Virus record (IMG/VR): IMGVR_UViG_3300049491_001102
Location: 47,464-111,463 of that record
Source of the DNA: a virus
DNA length: 64,000 bases
Strand: one strand, 5' to 3'
In this document: positions 20,358 through 30,572 of the stretch, piece by piece
How positions within the stretch are numbered: the stretch's first letter is position 1
Layout: every line of letters begins with the position of its first letter
The notes under the pieces: generated by a model
Seen by the model: the letters and a program-made list of their open reading frames with translations, nothing else
What the model was told of the DNA's origin: nothing
Databases searched by the model: none
Program-made: the position numbers and the translations under genes

Positions 20358-23032
20358 CCTTCTCCCCATTCTCCCTCAGCGAAGGAGTTCGCGGCACGAT
20401 TTCTTTCACGCCCGCGCACAAGCTGTCCAACCTTCTCGCCGTCGAGGAGCACGGCGACACTTTCCGGTTTCTTTGGGTTGTTTCGTGCATGAGCTGCCCA
20501 AGCGTTCTGCATCGCTATTTGCACGTCCTCGCGTGACAACCCTTGCTTTTGCGCTTTCGGGACAGGAACTGCCAACTGTGGCGCCTCATAGGCCAGGTTG
20601 TTGTTGGTCACATACGCTGGTGGCAACCCAGTCGTGTTGGGAACTCCCCTGTTCCCACCAACTGTAGGGAGATATGTATCCGCGTTCGCAGCTACAATCG
20701 TTCGCGGCGACTGAACAGTATTCGCTTCAACTTTAGCGATTATATCACCAGAAAACAGCTTTTTCAGGTCACCAATCTTACCGGCGACGTTATCGTATAT
20801 TCCGCGAACTTTGTCCCAAACACCTGACACTTTCTCTGCAAACGTTTCCCACTTCAGGATGAGGGAATCAACAACGCTCATTGCTTTTTCTTTAATGCCT
20901 TTGAAAAAGTCAACAACTGAGTTCCAAGCGTTTGATGTGATGTCTTGAACCTTCTTGAACATTGACGAGAAAAAGTCAACAACTTTGTCTACACCCATTG
21001 ATATTGCTGAAGTGACAATGTTGAACGCCATCTTCAACCAGTTCCAGGCGGCGGACACCCCATCAACGAGGTCTACAAAGCCATCAACAATCCTCGTGTA
21101 GGCCCAAACGATACCATCGACAATCATGCTGATGAACGACCATGCCGTGAGAAAACTTTGTGTCGTCATGTTGAACAACCACGCCAATGTACCAATAGCC
21201 CAAATTGTTCCCTCCACAACCTTTCCTACGAACATTCCGATGGCAAACCCCACCTTACGCCATTTATCACTGGAACCAATAGAGTCTGCAGCTTCCTTAC
21301 TAAAGATTCCAAGGTACTCACCGAGGTTCTCAAATGCACTCATTAAAAAGTCGAATGCAGGACCCATTGTGTCAACAGCAGCCATAAATCCTTCTCCAAC
21401 ACCAGAGAAGAATCTTTTCAACCGGAAGATATAGCCGACGACAGTGCGGACAAATCCTAGTATCCCTTCGTTTTCCTTCTTGGCGAGTTCTTTCGCAACC
21501 GAACCCCGGATGAACCCATGCTGTAAGAACTGAGCTATTCCTTGGAACGCCAGTTTAACGTTGTTGAATATTTTCATCGCCCTATCGGCGAATCCACCAA
21601 TATTCTGGTCAAACGCACGCTTAGTCGCAATGAACACGAGCGCCAATCCGGCCACAATGAGAAGAACGGGCCACGCGGCAACAAGGAGTCCTTTAAGGGC
21701 CGCGATCGCGACTGGAACCATGGGGGCGAGAACGGCGATCGCACCCCCAACAAACAGCAGGGCAGACCCAAGAATGAGGATGCCGGATGTTGCGTACACA
21801 CCAACCGCGATCATTTGTTTCACAGGTTCTGGTAACGCTTCAAATTTTTCGGTGAGTCTTGCAACGAACTCAATGAGTCTCTCTACTCCAGGTCGTAAAA
21901 ATCTGGCGAATGCGTCACCGACAACGATAGTGAATGTACTGAACGCACCACTCAGTAGTGACATCTGTCCTGGTAAAGAGTTCAAAAATGCGTCTTTGAA
22001 CTGTTTAGTGGTCCCAGTGGCGTTACCGATCTGATCCCGCAGGTATTTAACAGCATCAGCTCCCTTAACAAGTTGACCAGTTGCTGTCTCAATACCTTCT
22101 GATAGCTGGGTTGTAATCGCTGTAAACGCTGTTAGACCAAATCTTCCAGACAAGTCCTCAATTAAAGATACCCGCTTTGTTGGGCTCTCGATCTTCTCCA
22201 GTGCTTTGGCAGCTTCCATCACGATGTCGAGGAACGGCCGAAACTTCCCCGCGCCGTCCTCAACTGCAACCCCGAGTTTGGACTTCAACTTGTCGCTGTT
22301 TTTTGTGAGCTCTAACAACGCAGTCGACACCGAACTTGCGGCAACCGTGGCGTCCACACCGGTGTTTTTAACCATACCCATCGACACCAGCATCTCGTCG
22401 AGACTCTGGCGTGTGATGCTGGCGCCTCGGCTCACGGTACCCAACATCACTTCAAGGTCATGGGCTTCAACCGCGGTCGAAATGGTGAGTTTCATCAGCT
22501 TATCGCTGACCGCAACCGCGTCTTCGGCTTTTAGGCTGAAAACCTTGATAGCTGCAGCCAAAGTCGAGGCTGATCGCGCTCCCGTCAGCTCCGCTGCTGA
22601 GGCAAAATCCAATGTGCCCGTGAGTGCGCGCAGTGACTGCGAAGCGCTCAAACCTTGCTGAGCAAGTTGTTTTAGCGTCTCGACAGCTTCGATAGGGGTG
22701 AACTGTGTCGTAGTCCCAGCTTTGAGCGCGGCGGCTCGCAGTTTTTTGAGCTCTTCGGCCGTGGCGCTGGCGGAGACGCCCAACAAATTGACGCGTTGCT
22801 CGAACTGTCCGCTCGCGTTGGCGACGAACCACACTCCATCCAACAGCTTTTTGCTGGCAGCCAAACTTGCCATCGATGCGACCATCGCGGCGGTTCCTGC
22901 CTGCATGACCTTTTGGGCTATTGTATTGGCCCTCTCCAAGCGTGTAACCGACTTCGATATGTTGTCTATCGTTCGCGACGCATGATCTTTTGCCGAAAAG
23001 ATAAAACCAAGGCCAAGATTATTTAGCGCCAT
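20354..23032 (-). CDS. Tail tape measure protein (TP901-like core)
   Basis: 892 aa; LRAAALKAGTTTQFTPIEA...GTLDFASA core, central hydrophobic segment, Trp/Phe-spaced repeats. Confidence 0.92.
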   Translation of the reverse strand: MALNNLGLGFIFSAKDHASRTIDNISKSVTRLERANTIAQKVMQAGTAAMVASMASLAASKKLLDGVWFVANASGQFEQRVNLLGVSASATAEELKKLRAAALKAGTTTQFTPIEAVETLKQLAQQGLSASQSLRALTGTLDFASAAELTGARSASTLAAAIKVFSLKAEDAVAVSDKLMKLTISTAVEAHDLEVMLGTVSRGASITRQSLDEMLVSMGMVKNTGVDATVAASSVSTALLELTKNSDKLKSKLGVAVEDGAGKFRPFLDIVMEAAKALEKIESPTKRVSLIEDLSGRFGLTAFTAITTQLSEGIETATGQLVKGADAVKYLRDQIGNATGTTKQFKDAFLNSLPGQMSLLSGAFSTFTIVVGDAFARFLRPGVERLIEFVARLTEKFEALPEPVKQMIAVGVYATSGILILGSALLFVGGAIAVLAPMVPVAIAALKGLLVAAWPVLLIVAGLALVFIATKRAFDQNIGGFADRAMKIFNNVKLAFQGIAQFLQHGFIRGSVAKELAKKENEGILGFVRTVVGYIFRLKRFFSGVGEGFMAAVDTMGPAFDFLMSAFENLGEYLGIFSKEAADSIGSSDKWRKVGFAIGMFVGKVVEGTIWAIGTLAWLFNMTTQSFLTAWSFISMIVDGIVWAYTRIVDGFVDLVDGVSAAWNWLKMAFNIVTSAISMGVDKVVDFFSSMFKKVQDITSNAWNSVVDFFKGIKEKAMSVVDSLILKWETFAEKVSGVWDKVRGIYDNVAGKIGDLKKLFSGDIIAKVEANTVQSPRTIVAANADTYLPTVGGNRGVPNTTGLPPAYVTNNNLAYEAPQLAVPVPKAQKQGLSREDVQIAMQNAWAAHARNNPKKPESVAVLLDGEKVGQLVRGRERNRAANSFAEGEWGEG

Positions 23033-23044
23033 GAACTGACTCCA

Positions 23045-23311
23045 TCATTCTTCTTCAGGGTCTTCGTATTTTTTGTGTTCAGAAGACACTAAATCGTGCT
23101 GCTTGTTTACGTACCAAACTAAATCGTCAAGTTCTAGGTTCATAGCTTCTGAATACGTAAAATTCAAACCGGAACCTTGAACATTGCGAATCAATGCGGT
23201 TACGTAACTGCGTACAATACCGCGATCGAATAGGCTGAGGAGGGTGATCAACCCGGGCTCTGTCGAATCACCCTCTTGTTTTTGGAAGAAGAGGGCGGCG
23301 TTTTTATCCAA
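23045..23311 (-). CDS. Tail assembly chaperone second ORF (probable frameshift extension, gpGT-like)
   Basis: Lies in the -1 frame of the upstream gene, directly before the tape measure; frame is open from 23347. Confidence 0.55.
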   Translation of the reverse strand: MDKNAALFFQKQEGDSTEPGLITLLSLFDRGIVRSYVTALIRNVQGSGLNFTYSEAMNLELDDLVWYVNKQHDLVSSEHKKYEDPEEE

Positions 23312-24045
23312 AATCCCTCGTCGAAAGGGATGTTCACGTGCATTTCGTTACTGCAAAACGGGCAGTAAATTTCGAGTTGTGTCTCGTACCCGCCGTCGAC
23401 GGCGTCCATTTCGCTTACAAGCTCCATAGACTCTGGTACGCTAAGCGAGCGAACCCACTCAGCAATCAAATAGTAGTCAGTGAACTCTTTACCGTTGCTG
23501 ATAACTCGACTAATTCGACGTGCTAGTCCAGTAGTTACGCGCGCTCGGAAGTTCTTTTCAATGTGGTTCGCAAGCTCTCGCTCGTCTTTGCCCCGAATTA
23601 AACGGAAGAAGAACTGGTCACCATTCGCGAGCTGAGCACGGAACGGAGCGTCTTCTAATGCATTCGTTATCGATGCTTCGGGCAATTGATACTGGGGAAG
23701 AACATTAAGGTCCAATCCCCATTCGAAGTGCTTATCGCACTTGTCGTCAGAACATTTGACTCTGAAGCTATAGTCTGACCCGTGCGTTGCAATGCGTGTT
23801 GCAAGCAATGTTGAGAATCTGTCGCAAACAAGGACTTTGTCCCAAAATCCTTCTTCGTCAAACTTCAATCCGTCATACAGAGGGCCGTAGTCTTCTACGG
23901 CGACAGTGCACGCAGATAGTATCCGATTGGATATCATCTTGGACGCCACTTCTTGCTTGTTGGCGAACAAATCCATTTCGGATGCTTTGAGACCGCGAAC
24001 GACTAACTTCAGACCTGATGGGCAGATTGTGGTGTGCTCGGACAT
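23248..24045 (-). CDS. Tail assembly chaperone / T4 gp26-gp51-like hub assembly protein
   Basis: Between tube and tape measure; CSDDKC and CPFC Cys motifs; DRFSTLLATRIATHG. Confidence 0.7.
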   Translation of the reverse strand: MSEHTTICPSGLKLVVRGLKASEMDLFANKQEVASKMISNRILSACTVAVEDYGPLYDGLKFDEEGFWDKVLVCDRFSTLLATRIATHGSDYSFRVKCSDDKCDKHFEWGLDLNVLPQYQLPEASITNALEDAPFRAQLANGDQFFFRLIRGKDERELANHIEKNFRARVTTGLARRISRVISNGKEFTDYYLIAEWVRSLSVPESMELVSEMDAVDGGYETQLEIYCPFCSNEMHVNIPFDEGFWIKTPPSSSKNKRVIRQSPG

Positions 24046-24080
24046 GGTGCCTCTCGTCAGTGGCACTATTTAAGTACACC

Positions 24081-24116
24081 AAAAACAAAACCACGGCAAA
24101 CGCATGTTTACCGTGG
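24081..24116 (-). terminator. Rho-independent terminator after tail tube gene
   Basis: Minus-strand stem CCACGGTAAAC/GTTTGCCGTGG followed by TTTTGTTTTT. Confidence 0.8.
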
Positions 24117-24135
24117 CTAAGCTTAAAAATGAAAA

Positions 24136-24645
24136 CTAGCGTCCGCTCGGGCGTCCAGTTCCATTTGCCGGAATGCGCTCAAAGCCATTAATCGATAGCT
24201 CAACGCTTTCCATCGTCTTTTCAGACGTTCCATTATCCCACTCGCCTGCTTTGAACTTCTTCGGCCACGCTTCGTAGATGCGCCACCGCTTGATCACAGC
24301 TTTACGGTTGTTCCGGCACACAATGTCCATGGTCCGTTTGTAACTCCCATCAGGACCTGCGGCTTCAAGGCCAAGGTCTGAGACCAAGTTCGTCACGGTT
24401 TGTACCCAGTCATAAAGGTCGGAATCCGACGCAACCGCAGCGCGTTCAATGGTGAGATCGGAGAAATCGACAAGACCAGCATCCTTGGTCGTTGGCCGAA
24501 TATCTCCTCCTTCACGATACTTGACTTCTTCAATCTCTGCTTCAAGAGCAGAGCACTTGTTGAAGCCCATATGGACTACACCATCGATTTCGACGGTGAA
24601 GCGGAATTTATCCTCAAACAGTCTTGGTGCTCCTGCTACTGCCAT
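24136..24645 (-). CDS. Tail tube protein (T4 gp19-like)
   Basis: FRFTVEIDG...YREGG...DLTIER...LYDW...RWRIYEAWPKKF. Confidence 0.93.
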   Translation of the reverse strand: MAVAGAPRLFEDKFRFTVEIDGVVHMGFNKCSALEAEIEEVKYREGGDIRPTTKDAGLVDFSDLTIERAAVASDSDLYDWVQTVTNLVSDLGLEAAGPDGSYKRTMDIVCRNNRKAVIKRWRIYEAWPKKFKAGEWDNGTSEKTMESVELSINGFERIPANGTGRPSGR

Positions 24646-24682
24646 AATACTCCTTTTAGACTTTAGAATGTCTTAACTCGGC

Positions 24683-26935
24683 TTATCCGTTAGCCAAGAG
24701 CTGTTCTAGGGCCCGTGTATCCTTTGTGAAGTCGAGGACAACCCATTCGACGGTATCGTTGGTGTTGAGGCCAACACGAGCTTTCAGTTGGCCAGAAGCC
24801 ACGACATCAGGTGTGTTGAGGCCAATTCCTTGGACGTCAACATCGACATAGAACGCAGTGGCCGGGTTCTTCGTCTTGAACGCGCCAACTTTCATCTGGG
24901 CGAGCAAGAAGTTGGTGATCGTACGCTCCACCTCAGCACGGAGTTCTTCCGTGTTGTTCCGGTGGCGTGCGAAGTCGGTTCCGAGCTTGATGCTTTGCTC
25001 GATGAAGATCACGCCGCGGCGAGCCGCAATGTTGGTGAAGTTTCCCCCCGACCTTAGAGTTCGGGTCCCATCGAGATTAAGCGCACCTCCCTGCGTGTCG
25101 ATCGGATTGATAAGCGCCGGGTAGACGTAGTCGCGCACCTCTTCTTTGAGGACTTGGTGCCGAACATTTCCATCCGGGTCATCTTCCAGGCCAACAATCG
25201 TTGGCATACGTCCATTTTCGATGCCGCAAGGAGCAATGTAGATCCCGCCTGGCCGCGCATTGTCTTGGCGCGCGCACATACCTGCGATGAGCCCGGTGTT
25301 CGGGATCGTGATGCTGTCGGCTGCGCCAAACACCGCCTTATTCGGGTTCAAAACCTTGACCCGAGGCCAAGCGATGAAGCCGAACTCGGTCGTGTTGAAT
25401 AGCCCCGTCGTGACCTTGACGTAGTTCACGATGGCGAGAGCATTCATGCCCGCGGGACATTCGATGAGCGGGAAGATCGACTTGTTACGCGTGATTTCGC
25501 AGTACGAAACCATCGCATTGGCCACGGCGGCCGTGGCTCGCTGCGGAATCGCGAGCAACGTCGCATCATTCACCGTATCCAGTGAGCGGATACCCGTTTC
25601 AGAAGCCGAGTTGCCCACGAAGTCGATGTCTGCAAGGCCAACCAGCCCGTCATCACCACCAGTCGGGGTGTACGTGCCATTCTGTGGCCTTTCACTTCCC
25701 CCTGCATCTTGGTCTTCAGCCAAGATCAATGCGGACCCGATACCGGGCGCAGCCAGTGCTGTTTCCACATATCGTGCGTCGGCGTCATCCATCGAGCAGT
25801 TCGGGAACTGCTCCACGATCAGGCCATTGCGCCGAATGATGAGGTTGAAGTGGTCGGGATCCAAGTCTGTGGCATCGGCAACTTCGATCGTTAGATCGTT
25901 TGCGTACGCACCCGGAGTCTTGCCCCGGAAAATCAACGTCGCTACTGGCGATCCCGCGGTACCGTTCACGGGTCCTGATGCCCAGCCAACTGCAGTTTGA
26001 ACCCCTGCAGACGCCGTGATTTCGAGTTCTGACGAAACACCTGTCGTGTCGGACACGATATCCGGGATTCCAGACCCCGAAGGTGATTGCTCGACAACCG
26101 ACAGACCCGCGAGCGCGCCCACGATAGAGATGACCTCGGCTAACGTCACCGCAGCCAAGTTCGCGACGTTGCCGGTACCGGCAACCGCTGCACCAAAGCC
26201 CAGGGCGGCAGCCGCAGTTCCGCCGGTGACATTGACCAGCGACGCAGTTCCTTTTTTGTCGCTGCGTAGCGTCACTGCGCTTACGGTGGAGGTCGCAGAC
26301 ACTCCCACCAAAATCGCGTTGAGCTTGGCCGCAACTTCGGCCGGCGTGGCAGCGCCAATCGAAATGAAGTCCGCGGTCAAGAACGTCACGGTTTGCGTCG
26401 CGCCGCCGTCTACCTGCACGGTCAGGTTCAAGCCGTTGGACAGCACATAGGGCGCCGACGCGCTGGTCACCGAACTCGACGCCGTGCCATTGAACGTAGC
26501 CGTGACGGGAGAACCGCCATCAACCGCGATCGACACATTGTCCCCATGCGCGAGCGCGTAGGGAGCAGCATTGACGCCGGGAAGTTTGGCCGCCGTGGCG
26601 GCGATGGTGTTGGCCGTGACCTCGGCCGTATCTGCCGTCAAACTCAGAGCATCGGTGATGTCGGAATAGTGGGCAGTCCGCGTGAACCAGAGGTATTGAC
26701 CTCCGGCGTCAAAATACGCACTGACCGAGTTCCACGTGTCGGCACAGTCCGCAGTGACATCGCCGTAGTCGCGCCGCCATGCGTCCCATGAAAAGTAAAA
26801 CTGAGCGACACCAATAGGACCACGCTGCGTAACACCGACCATCGCCAACACTGCGGTAATCAGCGATGGGATAGTACGAATGCCCGAAGTGCTCTCCGTG
26901 ATGATAGTTTTTGAAGAAAGCAATGCGTTAGACAT
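24683..26935 (-). CDS. Contractile tail sheath protein
   Basis: VGVTQRGPIG, TPGAYANDL, WPRV...PNTGLIAGMCARQD, INPI...GTRTL...RR motifs. Confidence 0.95.
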   Translation of the reverse strand: MSNALLSSKTIITESTSGIRTIPSLITAVLAMVGVTQRGPIGVAQFYFSWDAWRRDYGDVTADCADTWNSVSAYFDAGGQYLWFTRTAHYSDITDALSLTADTAEVTANTIAATAAKLPGVNAAPYALAHGDNVSIAVDGGSPVTATFNGTASSSVTSASAPYVLSNGLNLTVQVDGGATQTVTFLTADFISIGAATPAEVAAKLNAILVGVSATSTVSAVTLRSDKKGTASLVNVTGGTAAAALGFGAAVAGTGNVANLAAVTLAEVISIVGALAGLSVVEQSPSGSGIPDIVSDTTGVSSELEITASAGVQTAVGWASGPVNGTAGSPVATLIFRGKTPGAYANDLTIEVADATDLDPDHFNLIIRRNGLIVEQFPNCSMDDADARYVETALAAPGIGSALILAEDQDAGGSERPQNGTYTPTGGDDGLVGLADIDFVGNSASETGIRSLDTVNDATLLAIPQRATAAVANAMVSYCEITRNKSIFPLIECPAGMNALAIVNYVKVTTGLFNTTEFGFIAWPRVKVLNPNKAVFGAADSITIPNTGLIAGMCARQDNARPGGIYIAPCGIENGRMPTIVGLEDDPDGNVRHQVLKEEVRDYVYPALINPIDTQGGALNLDGTRTLRSGGNFTNIAARRGVIFIEQSIKLGTDFARHRNNTEELRAEVERTITNFLLAQMKVGAFKTKNPATAFYVDVDVQGIGLNTPDVVASGQLKARVGLNTNDTVEWVVLDFTKDTRALEQLLANG

Positions 26936-26938
26936 GGA

Positions 26939-27241
26939 CTAAACTTCTCGCTCCTCAGCGACGACGAGAACCTTTTGCACACTAACTAGCGAACGAATTT
27001 GCGGGATCTTCAGTACAGCATGAGGCAGCGGTTCGCTAACCCCACCAGCCTGAATCGTCACCGATGGTGGTGTATTGACCACAACGTCGCGAAAGCGCGG
27101 TTGTCCGGATGCGGGATCAATTTCACTGATCAATCGCGGGACCTTCACCCCATGAAGATGAGGCAAAGCGCCGTCTTCCGACGAGCTTAACTGCAAAGTG
27201 ACCGGGGTACGCCCCCGATTGCGAAGAATTACGCAGCGCAT
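26939..27241 (-). CDS. Hypothetical protein upstream of sheath
   Basis: 100 aa, tight packing. Confidence 0.55.
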   Translation of the reverse strand: MRCVILRNRGRTPVTLQLSSSEDGALPHLHGVKVPRLISEIDPASGQPRFRDVVVNTPPSVTIQAGGVSEPLPHAVLKIPQIRSLVSVQKVLVVAEEREV

Positions 27242-27246
27242 GATGG

Positions 27247-28296
27247 TTACGGGGTTTTGGGTTGCAGCCTGTCAACAACGAGTTCGGTCGACCGAACCGT
27301 GTCGAGCAGGACCTCCTCGACTTCGGCAGTGTACCCTTTCGCCGCATCGAATGCGACGCCAGGAATGCCAACGAGCACAAGGTCTCGGATTCGCAGCAGC
27401 ATCGTGAAATAGTGGACGTTGCTATTCATTGCAGGGCCATATTCACGGCCCGCAGTTCCATCGCCACCAATTTCAAGTTCAATCTCATGCTCAGAATATC
27501 CCTTTGACAAATCAAGTGGATCTAATGGGATGCTTATTCGACCTGTTCGCTCAACCCATTGATTGAACAAAACCAACAGATTCATCGAGTCTGCTGGGTT
27601 ATTAGCATACCCAGTGACCTCAAATAGAACATGGACTATTTTTGGGCTTTGGATAACGTAGGATTCTGACGAGTTGAAAGGAACTGTAGTATCAACGTTA
27701 AAATCTGGATTAGTGCTTCGCTCAAAACTTGGACCAAGTAGGCTTATACCTGGAGTTGATGCCACTACAGTGTACGGTTCAGAGTCCTCGTCGCCGTAAT
27801 CCGACGACTGAGTTAAAACTACATTGTCAACAACGGCTGATTTTAAGCGCCCTATTAACTCACGGGTTAATAGTGTCAAGCTGCTTGAATTTTCAGAACT
27901 TAAATCCGGCCGATAGAACGTGACGGCATCAAGGCTTGTAACTGTCTCTGTTGGGATTAGAACACCAGAATCATCAATGTTTTCAACCGTAACATCACTG
28001 AGAACACTAGATTGTGGCTGCTCGTCCGCATCCAGCAGGCTTATAAACGGAGAGATAATCAATAGCCGTGTTGCGGACAAAACAATGGTTTTTTCCGCCG
28101 GAGTCGTACCAAAAAGCACACGAACGGATTGAGGTCGTGGCGGAACGACGCCCGTCGGTGGCGGCGGTGTCGGTAGACGGAACCCAGTCCCCACGATTTG
28201 CACCGGAGTTCCTCCCATGGATGGAACAGATATGGGACTTACGGTTGAAATCGTGGGGATCATGGGGTTCCTGGATTCTTTTGTCCTGGTTGCCAA
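27247..28296 (-). CDS. IPT/TIG-domain neck/tail-terminator-like protein
   Basis: PTISTVSP...GGTPVQIVGTGF...VLFG is an IPT/TIG start; position before the sheath. Confidence 0.65.
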   Translation of the reverse strand: MATRTKESRNPMIPTISTVSPISVPSMGGTPVQIVGTGFRLPTPPPPTGVVPPRPQSVRVLFGTTPAEKTIVLSATRLLIISPFISLLDADEQPQSSVLSDVTVENIDDSGVLIPTETVTSLDAVTFYRPDLSSENSSSLTLLTRELIGRLKSAVVDNVVLTQSSDYGDEDSEPYTVVASTPGISLLGPSFERSTNPDFNVDTTVPFNSSESYVIQSPKIVHVLFEVTGYANNPADSMNLLVLFNQWVERTGRISIPLDPLDLSKGYSEHEIELEIGGDGTAGREYGPAMNSNVHYFTMLLRIRDLVLVGIPGVAFDAAKGYTAEVEEVLLDTVRSTELVVDRLQPKTP

Positions 28297-28886
28297 CCCA
28301 TTTTTTGGGCGACAAAGTTCATCATTCGGGCTTCTACATCACCAGGCTTAAAGTGGGCTTTGAATGTTTCCCGTAAGAAACTTCTCTCCGGAATACGTAT
28401 TACAAGCGTACTCCCTGGACGGAGCTTATTAGCTGATGATTTCTTTCCGGTTGGGCCATACTTCCTAAGCAACCCCATAATGTATTTGAACTGCTTAGAG
28501 GTGACTTGCATTGTTATTACATGTCCATACTCATGCACAGCCCCAATGCGTGTCATTTTCTCCCCATTATCTGACCTCGCATTGTTCGGAATGCCTACAA
28601 AGTACGTGGATTCCTGAACCGGTATCACAATGATGGAGCCATAAAGGTCGCCTTTATCGATTAACGGCTTACTCGACTTTTTTCGTTTTATCGTCCACGG
28701 TTCGTTACGTTGCCAAGGCTTCCCATTGCTTCGTCCCGAAGTTCTAAATGCCTTTAGAACATCATTGCGAAATTTCTGGGCTTCGCGTTTGACCGCCGTA
28801 TCCATTGCACGACCAAAGCGTTGTTCCATCCCTTTGGTGATGCTCAAAGCCGCCGCCCAGTCCCCAACTTTTACAACTTGGATCAT
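28260..28886 (-). CDS. Phage virion morphogenesis (neck; Mu gpG/P2 gpS-like) protein
   Basis: W...TIKRKKSSKPLIDKGDL...AVHEYG...IPERSFL. Confidence 0.85.
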   Translation of the reverse strand: MIQVVKVGDWAAALSITKGMEQRFGRAMDTAVKREAQKFRNDVLKAFRTSGRSNGKPWQRNEPWTIKRKKSSKPLIDKGDLYGSIIVIPVQESTYFVGIPNNARSDNGEKMTRIGAVHEYGHVITMQVTSKQFKYIMGLLRKYGPTGKKSSANKLRPGSTLVIRIPERSFLRETFKAHFKPGDVEARMMNFVAQKMGWQPGQKNPGTP

Positions 28887-29383
28887 ACGGTCGCCTTTGT
28901 GTCCCGTCTAAACGATACCAGCAACAAGTTGCGGAAACCACCGGATAGACCGTAACTCCGGGGTTGCGGTTGCATAGACACTAGATTCATCGCTTCGTAG
29001 TCGTCAAGAAGTGAATAATGTTGGTCGAATATTCTCAACAGCTTGGACCCTTTTGGCATGACGGCTTTACCGTTGCTATCTACGAATCCGTTATCTTCGA
29101 GGTCCTGAAAGTGAAAGCAGAGTTTTATCTCTGTTGTGTTTTCATCGCCGAGATTCTTTACATCCAACATTTCAGTCGGGTCGTACTCGGTTTCAACTTG
29201 GCATTCGAGTTGAATCGGGGCCATGTACTGGGTTGTCTCAACACCAGTTGCACGTGAACGTGGAGTTCGAAGAATGTTGTCGTAGCCACCAGTAAATGGC
29301 GCAACTGGACCACGTGTTGCCGTTACATCCAACCTAGCTATATCCGCATACATTGGGAATATTAATCGGCCTCTGTATCCCAT
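28883..29383 (-). CDS. Head-closure/neck protein (putative)
   Basis: Position between the adaptor and morphogenesis genes. Confidence 0.55.
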   Translation of the reverse strand: MGYRGRLIFPMYADIARLDVTATRGPVAPFTGGYDNILRTPRSRATGVETTQYMAPIQLECQVETEYDPTEMLDVKNLGDENTTEIKLCFHFQDLEDNGFVDSNGKAVMPKGSKLLRIFDQHYSLLDDYEAMNLVSMQPQPRSYGLSGGFRNLLLVSFRRDTKATV

Positions 29384-30471
29384 TATGCAGCTCCTAACCG
29401 CATTGGTGCCATAAATCTGGATAGGATTTGGTCAATAGTCGGATCGCCAGTTATTCCGGCTTTGAATGACGCGTCAACACCAGTCTCATACCAAACAGTT
29501 TGGTCTCTCGTTCGCTCTTGAATCAAGTTTCCGTGAGATCCGCTCCCAGAACTACTGCCAAAGTTTTTCCATGCCGGACGTACAGATTGCATGGCCATCA
29601 GAATACACACGTACGAAATGAGATCCGGAGTTTTTCCTAACGGTGAGCCATCAGGGTCTGTATAGCCAAACCATCCAGTCATTCGAACATTTTGCTGCCC
29701 AACAGCGAATCTCGTTTGGTACGCACCTTCGCGATAGCGTGTGAATTCCTCACCTGTGTACGAATCCATCCCATAAAGGGCGTAACAATTGATGAACTCT
29801 ATTTTTGGGTTTGCACGGTCATCCGGGTTTATGAGACCACGCATATGTCGATTGTAGATTCGTAGATTCTCAAGAGCGACTGGTATTTCAGAAGGTGACA
29901 CTGAATCAAATACGTAGTCGATGTCGCAAATACCAATGATTGGGTCCTCTAACAAAATCATTGGACCACCGACACCGTCGACATCAATCGTCTTAAAACG
30001 TGGCTCAAAGAATCTTCGCGTTATGTTCTCAATTCTTCGGCTTGCAATCTCAATAGCCATCTTCAACCGAGCGTCGTTGAAGGCAACTGGAACACCTTCA
30101 TCACGCATTTGAGCAATAGAGGCATAGCCATCTGGTATGAGTGACCCAACAGCAAGGAGAGGAAAAACCGTTTTCCACGTTTCTTCGTCCGCAGTATTGG
30201 TCAACTCTGCAAACCAATTTACCGTGTAGTTTCCAAGTGGGTCACCAACCAAGAATGCGATGGTCGGTGCATAGCCACAATTAACCGCTTCAGTCGTCAG
30301 GTTGACGGCCGTGCGCGCAACCTTAACAGTGCCATCTGGGTATAGCACCTCGTACTCAAGCGAATACGGGGTAGCCATGCGGCCACCACCTGTTGGATCG
30401 CTTTTAACGTAAGCGAAGTAGATTTTCGGGTTGGTTACCGACGAAGTTTCGCCCCGTACGAGTGCGAGCAT
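29383..30471 (-). CDS. Head-tail adaptor/neck protein
   Basis: YASIAQMRDEG...IEIASRRIENITRRFF...TPDLI; start placed at ATG 30471. Confidence 0.7.
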   Translation of the reverse strand: MLALVRGETSSVTNPKIYFAYVKSDPTGGGRMATPYSLEYEVLYPDGTVKVARTAVNLTTEAVNCGYAPTIAFLVGDPLGNYTVNWFAELTNTADEETWKTVFPLLAVGSLIPDGYASIAQMRDEGVPVAFNDARLKMAIEIASRRIENITRRFFEPRFKTIDVDGVGGPMILLEDPIIGICDIDYVFDSVSPSEIPVALENLRIYNRHMRGLINPDDRANPKIEFINCYALYGMDSYTGEEFTRYREGAYQTRFAVGQQNVRMTGWFGYTDPDGSPLGKTPDLISYVCILMAMQSVRPAWKNFGSSSGSGSHGNLIQERTRDQTVWYETGVDASFKAGITGDPTIDQILSRFMAPMRLGAA

Positions 30472-30487
30472 GGGCCCATCATAGCCC

Positions 30488-30533
30488 AAAAAGAAGGCGT
30501 TGAATGAGAGAGCAAGCTCCCCCAAACAACGCC
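30488..30533 (-). terminator. Possible rho-independent terminator
   Basis: GGCGTTG...CAACGCC stem followed by TTCTTTTT on the minus strand. Confidence 0.45.
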
Positions 30534-30572
30534 AGCAGCCAGACGAGTTGGCCGAGTCGATCCTAACCCAAC

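Noticed and set aside
14241-28296. Extracellular contractile injection system or tailocin
   Set aside because: Portal, terminase, protease and capsid genes are contiguous with the tail genes, so this is a complete phage morphogenesis module.
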